Source: an uncultured Pelagibacteraceae bacterium (GTDB taxonomy: Bacteria; Pseudomonadota; Alphaproteobacteria; Pelagibacterales; Pelagibacteraceae). From it: a stretch of 64,000 nt of DNA. This document shows, piece after piece, positions 10,262-18,854 of the stretch. The stretch's first letter is position 1, and every line of letters begins with the position of its first letter. The notes below the pieces were generated by a model. The model worked only from the letters and a program-made list of their open reading frames with translations, was not told where the DNA came from and made no database searches. The stretch lies in the NCBI GenBank assembly GCA_902598125.1, contig CACKAJ010000002.1, positions 105,545-169,544 on the forward strand. The letters run 5' to 3'. The position numbers and the translations under genes are program-made.

Positions 10262-10642
10262 TTATTTGAGTTTACCCTCTTTTCTCATCTGTTCTCTAAT
10301 TTTTGTTGCTGAAATCTGTTGGGTTTTTTCGTCTAAAACAATCTCTTCTATTTTATAACCTACACCTCTTCCATAACAAATATTAGTTATGTTAGGGACT
10401 AAAGTCACTTGAATTCTATTTTTGTAATCTTTAAGAGCTTCAAAAATATTTTTTTTTACAGTTTCAAAATCAAATGGGTTATCGTCAACTCCTTTGACAT
10501 CTCTAACCATTATGTTCACTTGTCCTGTTTTTTTTAGTATTTCTTCAAATAACTTTTGGTGTCCTGCGTGCCACGGTTGCCATCGACCAAGCATTTGTGC
10601 AGTGGGATATTTGTTATCCCACTTGTGATTATCATTTTTCAT
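10262..10642 (-). CDS. Stand-alone HxGH (cytidyltransferase-like) nucleotidyltransferase
   Basis: LGRWQPWHAGH signature, DNPF, C-terminal ISATKIR. Confidence 0.85.
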   Translation of the reverse strand: MKNDNHKWDNKYPTAQMLGRWQPWHAGHQKLFEEILKKTGQVNIMVRDVKGVDDNPFDFETVKKNIFEALKDYKNRIQVTLVPNITNICYGRGVGYKIEEIVLDEKTQQISATKIREQMRKEGKLK

Positions 10643-10651
10643 TAAAAAAAC

Positions 10652-11317
10652 TCAAGCTGCAGCTTGAAGATTATGTTTTTCAGACATACCGCTTAGAAAA
10701 TTCCAAAGGTATTTCGCAGTTGATAATGCAGCTTTTTCGGCTTTTACTTGCTCCTCATTGGATAAACCATCTAATAATTTTTCACACTCTGCTCTATGAT
10801 GAACATCAGCTGATTTATGAGCTTCAAAAAATTCAAGTCCTTTTTTTGAACTACAACCGTAATGATTTTTCAATCCTTGTATTTTTGTTTCAGCAATTTC
10901 AGGTATTTGTCTTTCATAAGTATACAAAGACGCTAATCCCTCTGCATAAGACGCTCTACCTTGTTTGAAAAAATTTTCAATTAAATCTTTTGTAAAAGTT
11001 TCTTGTTTAACTTTTTCAATTTTCTCGAAGTCCGCTCCCATTTCTGTAGCAAAATTCTTCCATAATTTTGGGTGATCTGCATCTTTGTTTTCCTCGTCTT
11101 GAAGATTCTCTAAAAGAATTTTTCTTTTTTCTATATCTTCACACAATGAGTGAGTTGCGCTTATGTATCTTGGGAATGCTTTAACGTGCTGATAATATTG
11201 CTCAGCGTAATCTTTGATAATTTCTCTTGTAAGTTTCCCTTCATTCCACGATTTGTAAAAAGGGTGATTTAATAAATGATATTGGTCTAATTTTGCATTT
11301 AAATCTTTTGAAAACAT
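10652..11317 (-). CDS. CADD-family (PqqC/TenA-like) diiron protein, putative pABA synthase
   Basis: HPFY..W..G.LT, YYQHVKAFPRY, DEE....HPKLW, YTYERQIPEIAETK, H...DVHH. Confidence 0.88.
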   Translation of the reverse strand: MFSKDLNAKLDQYHLLNHPFYKSWNEGKLTREIIKDYAEQYYQHVKAFPRYISATHSLCEDIEKRKILLENLQDEENKDADHPKLWKNFATEMGADFEKIEKVKQETFTKDLIENFFKQGRASYAEGLASLYTYERQIPEIAETKIQGLKNHYGCSSKKGLEFFEAHKSADVHHRAECEKLLDGLSNEEQVKAEKAALSTAKYLWNFLSGMSEKHNLQAAA

Positions 11318-11457
11318 TTTTACTCCTTGGTTAACTAAAGCCTATTAAAAAAGTACTCGATTTTAAACAAAAAAATTATCCACACTTAAAGGTTGAGCTT
11401 TATAAATGTTCACGTTTTGATTCACTTTTGATTCACTTTGAGACTCAAAATACAACC

Positions 11458-12678
11458 TTAGATAGACTTTTCCACACGCACTAATCTTCTTTCATCAATT
11501 GGGAAATGAACAGCTGTAGCAAATATTGAAAGCGCTATAGCCATGTACCAAGCGTAATCGTAAGAACCATAAACATCATAGAAATATCCACCAAGAAATG
11601 CTCCCGCAAAAGCACCGAATTGATGGCATAAAAAAACTATTCCAAATAAGGTACTTAGATACTTTGTTCCAAAAATTTGTGCGACTATTCCGTTAGTAGG
11701 TGGAACTGTTGAAAGCCATAAGAGTCCAAATGTTACTCCAAAAACTATTGAATTAATAAGAGAAGGTGGAGAAAAAATAAATACGCAAATGCTTAAAGCT
11801 CTTAATGCATAAAGAATACACAAAAGATTTTTCTTTTTATATTTTGTACCTAAGTAGCCCATTCCAAGAGTTCCAAAAATATTAAAAAATCCGATTAAGG
11901 CTAAAATTATTGTTGCTGACCATCCAACCATTCCTCTTTCTTGCATATAACCAGGAATATGGGTCCCAACTAATGTGATTTGAAAACCGCAAACAAAAAA
12001 ACCTAAAACTAATAAGACATAACCTTTATGAGAAAAAGCTTCTTTTATTGCCGAAGTGAATGTTTGTTCTCTATCAGCTTGAGAAGAGTTTAAAATAGTT
12101 TTTGATGGTAGTAAAAAAAGAGAAGCCAAAAGACCTAAAGCTATAAAATACATAAAATATTTTAAAGTTTGTTCCCAACCTACTAAACCAAGACTATATT
12201 TTGTAAATAATGGTGACAAAAAATAACCTATTGAAGCTGCAGCTGTTACGATACCAGTTGCAATAGTTCTACTTTCATTTGGAAAATGTTTTCCTACTTC
12301 AGAAACTGGAACTCCTATTGCCGTTGCACCTAATGCTATTCCAACTAAAATACCAAGACTGATCTGAAAAAAAATTCCAGTATTAGGTCCTGCATAAAGC
12401 ATGTAAACACCTAAACCAAATATAACAAAACCAATAAAAACTGCTTTATTGCCTCCGAGTTTATCTGCGATAATTCCAAAAATCGGAGCAAATATTCCCC
12501 AAAAGAGCATTTGAATACCTATTGCTAAACCAAATTCTGTTCTTGTTGCACCAAGACCTTTTTCAAAATCCTCAAAAAATAAACCAAATGTTTGCCTTAA
12601 ACCCATTGAGATCAAAATAATGCTGCAAGCTGAAATTAAAACTATTAAGGCAAGTCTGTTGGGAATAAAATTTAACAT
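11458..12678 (-). CDS. MFS transporter
   Basis: About 12 TM segments; GIIADKLG motif A; GFFVCGFQ; CHQFGAF. Confidence 0.9.
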   Translation of the reverse strand: MLNFIPNRLALIVLISACSIILISMGLRQTFGLFFEDFEKGLGATRTEFGLAIGIQMLFWGIFAPIFGIIADKLGGNKAVFIGFVIFGLGVYMLYAGPNTGIFFQISLGILVGIALGATAIGVPVSEVGKHFPNESRTIATGIVTAAASIGYFLSPLFTKYSLGLVGWEQTLKYFMYFIALGLLASLFLLPSKTILNSSQADREQTFTSAIKEAFSHKGYVLLVLGFFVCGFQITLVGTHIPGYMQERGMVGWSATIILALIGFFNIFGTLGMGYLGTKYKKKNLLCILYALRALSICVFIFSPPSLINSIVFGVTFGLLWLSTVPPTNGIVAQIFGTKYLSTLFGIVFLCHQFGAFAGAFLGGYFYDVYGSYDYAWYMAIALSIFATAVHFPIDERRLVRVEKSI

Positions 12679-13874
12679 TATTTAATGTATCTTAAAGAAT
12701 TTTTTAAGTCATTAATTAAATCTTTTGGATCTTCTAAACCAATATGTAATCTAACTATATGTTCATCTTTATTAAATCTAAAATACTTTCTGCCTTGAAT
12801 ATATTCATCTTTTTTACTTGAACGAAGTTCTTGTAAAATTGCAAGACTTTCAAATCCACCCCAACTATAACCTATACCAAAAAGCTCTAGCGAATTTACG
12901 AATTTAATTACAGAGGATTTTTTTTTACTTTTAATAACTATCGATAGCAATCCAGTCGCACCAGAGTAATATTTTTTCCATAGTTTATAATTCTTACTTG
13001 ATGGTTTATATGGATATAGGATTTCTTTTATTTTTTTTTGACCTTTTAAAAAGTTAATAACCTCTTTAGTGTTTTCATAATGTGTATTCAATCTTGTATC
13101 TAATGTTCTCAATCCTCTTATAATTAAATAGGCCTCATCAGCAGACATTCTGTAGCCTGAAAGTTTATAAAAAAACATAATTTGCTTAAAAACTTTTTTA
13201 TTTACTGCTAATGAACCGCCCATTGCATCTGAATGACCTGAAAAATATTTTGTAGCGGAAGAGAATGACATATCAAATCCAAGTTTAAGAGGTTTTAAAT
13301 ACAATGGAGTGCCCCATGTATTATCAAGAAAAGTAAATATTTTTTTCTTTTTAGCTAAATTTACAATTTTAGATAAATCCTGAAATTCAAAGGTATTACT
13401 TCCAGGGTTTTCCACTAATATCATTTTTGTCTTCTTCGTTACTTTATTTTTTAAATCTTCAAATGAGTCTGGATTATAAAACTTAGCCATAACATTAAAT
13501 TCTTTAAGAAGTTTTTCAGAAATTTCCTTGGTTGGACCATAAACGTTATCTGAAACTAAGATTTCATCACCTGGTCTGCATAAACTCATTATTGCTAATG
13601 CTACTCCACCAAAACCAGTGCCTGTTAAAAATACATGGAAAGCTTGTTCTAGCTCTTTCAAAATGTTTTCTAATTCGATAGTTGTTGAACTTCCATATCG
13701 TCCATAACTGTAATGACTAATTTTTTGATGTTTCTTTATTTTTTTTTCATGCTGATACAGTTCTTGCATACTATTAAATAGAATAGTTGATGCTCTTATT
13801 ACAGCTGGATTAGCAGATCTATTGGAGCTATCTTTTGTGGGATGTTTAAGGAACGTCTTTATAGACTTTTTCAT
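12678..13874 (-). CDS. metC: Cystathionine beta-lyase (PLP transsulfuration family)
   Basis: NPAVIRASTILF, YGRYG, DNTWGTP, SATKYFSGHSD, GYSWGGFESL. Confidence 0.85.
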   Translation of the reverse strand: MKKSIKTFLKHPTKDSSNRSANPAVIRASTILFNSMQELYQHEKKIKKHQKISHYSYGRYGSSTTIELENILKELEQAFHVFLTGTGFGGVALAIMSLCRPGDEILVSDNVYGPTKEISEKLLKEFNVMAKFYNPDSFEDLKNKVTKKTKMILVENPGSNTFEFQDLSKIVNLAKKKKIFTFLDNTWGTPLYLKPLKLGFDMSFSSATKYFSGHSDAMGGSLAVNKKVFKQIMFFYKLSGYRMSADEAYLIIRGLRTLDTRLNTHYENTKEVINFLKGQKKIKEILYPYKPSSKNYKLWKKYYSGATGLLSIVIKSKKKSSVIKFVNSLELFGIGYSWGGFESLAILQELRSSKKDEYIQGRKYFRFNKDEHIVRLHIGLEDPKDLINDLKNSLRYIK

Positions 13875-13939
13875 AATATAATTATAATTGATATTTATAT
13901 ATTAATTGTCTAATTAAGATACTAAAAGGAGGCAAAAAT

Positions 13940-14023
13940 ATGGGTTACCCAAAAAAGCACCGTGGTAGAAGAAAAATTGGCTCAAAAAAAAGAAGAGCGA
14001 GAAAAAGAAATAAGAAAAAATAA
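13940..14023 (+). CDS. 27-aa Lys/Arg-rich microprotein
   Basis: AAAGGAGG 7 nt before ATG; MGYPKKHRGRRKIGSKKRRARKRNKKK*. Confidence 0.65.
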   Translation: MGYPKKHRGRRKIGSKKRRARKRNKKK

Positions 14024-14038
14024 TCATTATAAATTTTT

Positions 14039-14740
14039 ATGAATGAAATAGCTCAAATAAGAAAGTTGAGTTTATGGATCTTTTTTATTCCATTTATAGC
14101 TATAAATATTTGTTTAATAATTTCACAAAATTATCATTTGTTGGAAAATTCATTTTTTAAAGTTGATATGATTGGTAGATCAGGTTTCTCCATTCCATAT
14201 TTAGATGGAAGTTTATCTATAAGTCGTGCCTCGAGAACTTTTCCTCAATACCTAATTTTTAAACCTTTAATGATTTTGACTTCGGTTTTAGTTTATTTTT
14301 ATTGGGTTAATAATAATCGATTAGTCAACAAATATAGATTTACAAATTTAAACTATAAATTTAAATTATTTGGAATTTTATCAGCTGTTTTTTTAACATT
14401 ACACTCTATTTTTTTAGGAATTAAATTTGATATTCAAATTTATAAGCTTATGCGTAGAGTTGTTTTATTATTATTCATTATATTCGAAATTATTGCACAA
14501 GGTATGCTAGTCTATCAATTCTTTAAAATTAGAGATAAAATTTCTGTTTTAATAAATAAAAAAATCTTAATTTTAAAAGCTGTATTAGTTTCAGTTTTAG
14601 CATCAGTAGCAATTTTAAGTTTACCGATTTTATTAAATAAAGATAACACCCATTTTAAACATGCCTTGGAGTGGAACTATTTCGTGGGAGTAATTTTATT
14701 TTATTTATTTACAAGATTTCTTTGGAAGAGAACCACATAA
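14039..14740 (+). CDS. Hypothetical integral membrane protein
   Basis: 233 aa with about 6 TM segments; PYLDG..SISRA.R and EWNY motifs. Confidence 0.75.
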   Translation: MNEIAQIRKLSLWIFFIPFIAINICLIISQNYHLLENSFFKVDMIGRSGFSIPYLDGSLSISRASRTFPQYLIFKPLMILTSVLVYFYWVNNNRLVNKYRFTNLNYKFKLFGILSAVFLTLHSIFLGIKFDIQIYKLMRRVVLLLFIIFEIIAQGMLVYQFFKIRDKISVLINKKILILKAVLVSVLASVAILSLPILLNKDNTHFKHALEWNYFVGVILFYLFTRFLWKRTT

Positions 14741-14908
14741 ATTTCTAGGCTTTCGCCCAGAAATTTAGTAGTTTTGGCTCGTCGTTTTAGGCGCTACCGC
14801 CAAGCCATCCCGATGAACTATTCTAGCGCTACTAGGTCCATCTTTCTGCCCTTTAAGCTTGAACCTCTCGGTTTTTCCTTAAATGGCCAGTTAAGAGTTG
14901 CCTCTTAA
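14724..14908 (-). ncRNA. Putative structured ncRNA, family unassigned
   Basis: GC-enriched intergenic segment with five predictable stems, two of them capped by GNRA loops on the minus strand. Confidence 0.65.
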
Positions 14909-14966
14909 TTAATACTATTAGATCACATTATAATTAAGAATGTTATCACTTATAACGTGCAATAAA

Positions 14967-16106
14967 TTATGATGTTAACTTAGTGGATAAATTTTTGTTG
15001 AAAGTCTTATGAATCCATCCGCCGCCTAATACTTTATCCCCAACATCATCTTTTGAATAAAATACACAAGCTTGCCCTGGAGAAATTCCTGTTTCCTCAT
15101 CTAAAATTTCTACATCAGCTATAGTATTTAAAATATTAATTTTAGCTTTTAAAAGTTTCCCTGTTGATCTCACTTTAATATGAATTGGTTCGTTAAATTC
15201 TTCCTTTGATCCTAAGATATTCAAATCTCTTAATTTAATATTTTTAATTTCTAGATATTCTTTTTCTCCTACAATAATAGTATTTTTATCTGCATCTATA
15301 TTAACAACATATAACGGATTATTGTTTGCTATCTTAATGCCTTTTCTTTGGCCAATTGTGTAATTTATAATTCCTTCGTGTTCTCCTATTTCTTTACCTT
15401 TAAGATTAAGAATTTTTCCTGGCTTAAAAGAATCAGGTCTAAATTTTTTTATTACCGATGCATAGTCTCCATTAGGAACAAAGCATATATCTTGACTATC
15501 TGGTTTTGTTGCAACATTTAATTTCAATTTTTCGGCAATCGATCTAGTTTCTGATTTGTCAATCTCACCCAAAGGAAATCTTAAATAGTCTAATTGTTCT
15601 TGCGTTGTACTAAATAAAAAATAGCTTTGATCTCTTTTTTGATCTTTTGCTCTATACATGTTTGCGTGTCCATTATTTTGGACTCTAGTAACGTAATGGC
15701 CAGTTATTAAAGCATCAGCTTTTAATTCTTTTGCATATTTAAATAAATCTCTAAATTTTACTGTTTGGTTACATTGCACACAAGGTATTGGCGTTTCGCC
15801 TGCAGCGTAGCTATCTATAAATGAGTCTATGACCTCAGATTTAAACTTTTTTTGATAGAATAAAATTTTATGATTAATATTGATATTTTCTGAAACTCTT
15901 TTAGCATCTAAAATATCTTGACCAGCACAACACTGTCTTCCTTCTTTTGATTGTTTCGTATCATCATATAATTTTAATGTAATGCCAGTAACATCGTATC
16001 CTTCTTGTTTCATAAGCGCAGCCACAACTGATGAGTCCACTCCACCTGACATAGCTACGACCACCTTGGTCTCTTTTTTTGGTTTATTAATTCCTAGAGA
16101 ATTCAT
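14967..16106 (-). CDS. mnmA: tRNA 2-thiouridine(34) synthase
   Basis: [52 protein letters not shown]. Confidence 0.97.
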   Translation of the reverse strand: MNSLGINKPKKETKVVVAMSGGVDSSVVAALMKQEGYDVTGITLKLYDDTKQSKEGRQCCAGQDILDAKRVSENININHKILFYQKKFKSEVIDSFIDSYAAGETPIPCVQCNQTVKFRDLFKYAKELKADALITGHYVTRVQNNGHANMYRAKDQKRDQSYFLFSTTQEQLDYLRFPLGEIDKSETRSIAEKLKLNVATKPDSQDICFVPNGDYASVIKKFRPDSFKPGKILNLKGKEIGEHEGIINYTIGQRKGIKIANNNPLYVVNIDADKNTIIVGEKEYLEIKNIKLRDLNILGSKEEFNEPIHIKVRSTGKLLKAKINILNTIADVEILDEETGISPGQACVFYSKDDVGDKVLGGGWIHKTFNKNLSTKLTS

Positions 16107-16142
16107 TATTTAAGTGTATAATAGAAAAAATTGAGATTTTCC

Positions 16143-16319
16143 ATGATGCTTATTGATTTTGAACCAGGGGATTATGTAAAAAATCCCGCAAATAAAGACT
16201 GGGGAGTGGGACAAGTTCAATCAATTATAGGCAATAAGGTTACTGTAAATTTTGAGAATTATGGAAAAAGAGTTATTAACGTTGAAAATGTAACTTTAGA
16301 GAAAATCATTAATGAATAG
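16143..16319 (+). CDS. DUF3553 small SH3-like protein
   Basis: EPGDYVKNP..DWGVGQVQS....VTVNFEN.GK; start taken at ATG 16143 (16146 also possible). Confidence 0.8.
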   Translation: MMLIDFEPGDYVKNPANKDWGVGQVQSIIGNKVTVNFENYGKRVINVENVTLEKIINE

Positions 16320-17091
16320 AGAAGAACTAGAAAAGATTTCTAAAAATTTAATTGAAACTTTTAATTTTGCAGGAAGAGAGTCGATTGAAATCTATAAAAA
16401 AGGATTAAAAATAGAAATCAAGGAAGACAATTCCCCCGTTAGTAATGGGGATTTAAAAGTAAATGAAATTTTAACAAATAGAATTGAAGAATTAACTCCA
16501 AACATTCCTATTGTCTCTGAAGAAACAGTGGATATCAAAAAGAAAAATACGGCGAAAATCTTTTGGTTGATTGACCCTATTGATGGAACAAAAGAATATA
16601 TAGCTGGTCTAGATGAGTACACTTTAAACGCAGCTTTAGTAATTAATACAGTGCCAGTATTAGGACTTGTTGGAGTACCCAAAAAAGAGAGATTATTCTA
16701 TTCGTATGCGCCTGGTGAAAGTTATTTAATTGAAGAAGGTAAAACAAAGAAAATTCATTGTGAGAAGAAACAACCTAAAGGACAAATAGTTGCTGTATCT
16801 AGTACTTTAAAACCTTCTGATGTAATTTTAAATAAACTAAAAGAACATAACGTTACTAAAATTGTAAAGATGGCTAGTTCATATAAATTTTGCGCAATAG
16901 CTACAGGTGAATATGATATTTATGCAGCCAGAGAAAGAGCTAATGAATGGGATTATGCAGCAGGTCATGCAGTTGCTCAAAATGCTGGTGCAATAATAAA
17001 AACCCTAGATGAAAAACCTTTTTTGTATGGAAAAGAAGATTATAAGAATCCCAGTTTATTAATAAAACGTGCAGAAAATTTAGATGTTTAA
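16312..17091 (+). CDS. cysQ: 3'(2'),5'-bisphosphate nucleotidase (CysQ/IMPase family)
   Basis: IVSEE, WLIDPIDGTKEY, SSYKFC, EWDYAAGHA. Confidence 0.88.
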   Translation: MNREELEKISKNLIETFNFAGRESIEIYKKGLKIEIKEDNSPVSNGDLKVNEILTNRIEELTPNIPIVSEETVDIKKKNTAKIFWLIDPIDGTKEYIAGLDEYTLNAALVINTVPVLGLVGVPKKERLFYSYAPGESYLIEEGKTKKIHCEKKQPKGQIVAVSSTLKPSDVILNKLKEHNVTKIVKMASSYKFCAIATGEYDIYAARERANEWDYAAGHAVAQNAGAIIKTLDEKPFLYGKEDYKNPSLLIKRAENLDV

Positions 17092-17224
17092 AACTATTGC
17101 GATCATTGTTTTATCAGTCACTTTTTTTGGAGTGTTGTTTTTCATCTTAGTAAGAAACGCGCTTAAAAGGAAACTTGATATTTTAGTCGAAGAGGAAAAA
17201 AAACAAAAAAAAGATCTAGATTAA
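17084..17224 (+). CDS. 46-aa single-pass membrane microprotein
   Basis: MFKTIAIIVLSVTFFGVLFFILVRNALKRKLDILVEEEKKQKKDLD*; overlaps the cysQ end and fills the gap to recX. Confidence 0.55.
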   Translation: MFKTIAIIVLSVTFFGVLFFILVRNALKRKLDILVEEEKKQKKDLD

Positions 17225-17776
17225 TTTAATCAGCTTATTAAATTCAGTTTTTTCTAAATCTAAAACTCTTTTAGATAAATCAAAACTAAAGCCCCCTCTG
17301 GCTAAAATACCCATATCCTTTTTATAAAATAATTCCCTATTATCCTCTGGTCTTAATGGTCCTATCCTTCTTCTTTTGCATAGTTTCAAAGCTGAAACAA
17401 AATCTGGTTCTATTTCGTCTTCTTTAATTTTATCAATACTTCTTTTTATAAATTTATTATCAATTCCTTTGTTTCTAAGAGATTGATTAATTTTGTTTAA
17501 AGAATAACCACGTTTTAAAAACATTCTTGCTTTAGAGTCTGAATACATTTCATCATTTAAAATTCTATTATTTTCAAGATTTAAAATTATTTCATCTATA
17601 ATTTGAGTTACTTCTTTTTTTGATTTAGTTCCTTTAATCTTTGTTAAATATTTTTTAAGTAAATATACTTTTAGCTGTTGTTTTGAGGGGCTATATTTTT
17701 CTAAATATGAATAAGCTAAGTCTCTTAAATTTGTAGTTAAATCTTCAAAATCACTTTTATTAACTGTGGGATTCAT
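17216..17776 (-). CDS. recX: RecX-family regulator
   Basis: A.SYLEKY, LNDEMY, RGYS..KI...L..KGI, RRRIGP.R, LARGGFS (alphaproteobacterial type). Confidence 0.8.
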   Translation of the reverse strand: MNPTVNKSDFEDLTTNLRDLAYSYLEKYSPSKQQLKVYLLKKYLTKIKGTKSKKEVTQIIDEIILNLENNRILNDEMYSDSKARMFLKRGYSLNKINQSLRNKGIDNKFIKRSIDKIKEDEIEPDFVSALKLCKRRRIGPLRPEDNRELFYKKDMGILARGGFSFDLSKRVLDLEKTEFNKLIKLI

Positions 17777-17802
17777 TTAGCTAATATACTATATTATTTT
17801 TA

Positions 17803-18273
17803 ATGATAAATAATTTATTGTCTTTATTAACTTATGAAAATATATATTTAGTTGCTAACTGGGGAGTAATACCTTTTTGGTTTTTATTAATTTTTGCTCC
17901 TTACCATCAATTAACAAATTTTTTTACACAATCAATAATACCATTTTTGTTACTTGCAATTGGTTATGCTTATTTATCTTACTTAATTTATGCTGAAGGA
18001 AATATTTTCGATGGTTTTGAATTATATTATAGTCTAGATGGCCTTTACTCGATGTTTGCTAATGAAGCTTTACTTTTAATTTTTTGGCTACATTTTTTAG
18101 CAATTAGCTTATTTGCAGGTGCCTGGATAGTTAGAGATAGCAAAAAATATTTCATTCCAAAAATAATTACTATCCCCTCTTTAATTCTTACCTATTTCAC
18201 TGGACCAATTGGGTTAGTTATCTATTGGTTTTTAAGAATTTTCTTTGCTAAAAAAATTAGCTTTAATGATTAA
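17803..18273 (+). CDS. ABA4-like / DUF4281 membrane protein
   Basis: PFW.LLIFAP, WLHFLA..LFAG.W, GPIGL..Y. Confidence 0.8.
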   Translation: MINNLLSLLTYENIYLVANWGVIPFWFLLIFAPYHQLTNFFTQSIIPFLLLAIGYAYLSYLIYAEGNIFDGFELYYSLDGLYSMFANEALLLIFWLHFLAISLFAGAWIVRDSKKYFIPKIITIPSLILTYFTGPIGLVIYWFLRIFFAKKISFND

Positions 18274-18853
18274 ACCTTTCGATTTTTATTTCGATTTTAT
18301 TAGCCCCTATTCATTTCTGGCTCACAAAGAAATTAGAAAAATTGAAAATAGAGAGGGTATCAAAATAAGATACAATCCAATTCTTCTTGGAGGATTGCAT
18401 AATTTACATGGAATAAAAGCTCCAGCATTTATACCTGCAAAAGCAAAACATATGATAAGAGATTGTAAACTTATTGCAGAAAAAAATGATGTTAAATTTA
18501 AATTCAATTCATATTTTCCAATTAGAAGTCTAAACCTAATGCGCGGAGTTTTAGTTGCTGAAGAAGATAATATTAAAAATTACTATATAGACAATATTTT
18601 TAACACCATATGGCAAGATGGATTAAACATGAATGATGAAATTGTAATTGAAAAAGTATTAAAAAATTTAAATATAAATCCTAAAACATTTTTTTTAAGA
18701 GCATCATCGTCTCTTATTAAAGACTCTTTAAGAAAAAAAACAAGTGATGCTTATCAGAAAGGAGTTTTTGGAGCACCTACTTTTATTGCAAATAATAAGA
18801 TTTTTTGGGGTCAAGATAGAATTGAGTTTGCGTTGAATGAGGCAAGTAAATAA
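18266..18853 (+). CDS. 2-hydroxychromene-2-carboxylate isomerase / DsbA-like (GST kappa) protein
   Basis: FYFDFISPYSFL, PILLGG, GVFGAPTF, FWGQDR; start moved to ATG 18266. Confidence 0.88.
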   Translation: MIKPFDFYFDFISPYSFLAHKEIRKIENREGIKIRYNPILLGGLHNLHGIKAPAFIPAKAKHMIRDCKLIAEKNDVKFKFNSYFPIRSLNLMRGVLVAEEDNIKNYYIDNIFNTIWQDGLNMNDEIVIEKVLKNLNINPKTFFLRASSSLIKDSLRKKTSDAYQKGVFGAPTFIANNKIFWGQDRIEFALNEASK

Positions 18854-18854
18854 T

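Noticed and set aside
11376-11384. Replication origin
   Set aside because: Only one perfect DnaA box in a 140-bp gap, with no change in gene strand bias on either side.
11409-11441. CRISPR array or VNTR
   Set aside because: Only three 10-12 bp imperfect units, no spacers and no cas genes.
14724-14908. tmRNA, tRNA, SRP RNA or a riboswitch
   Set aside because: No acceptor/T-arm or tag frame, no SRP loop motif, and no same-strand gene downstream to regulate; 6S not excluded without a covariance search.
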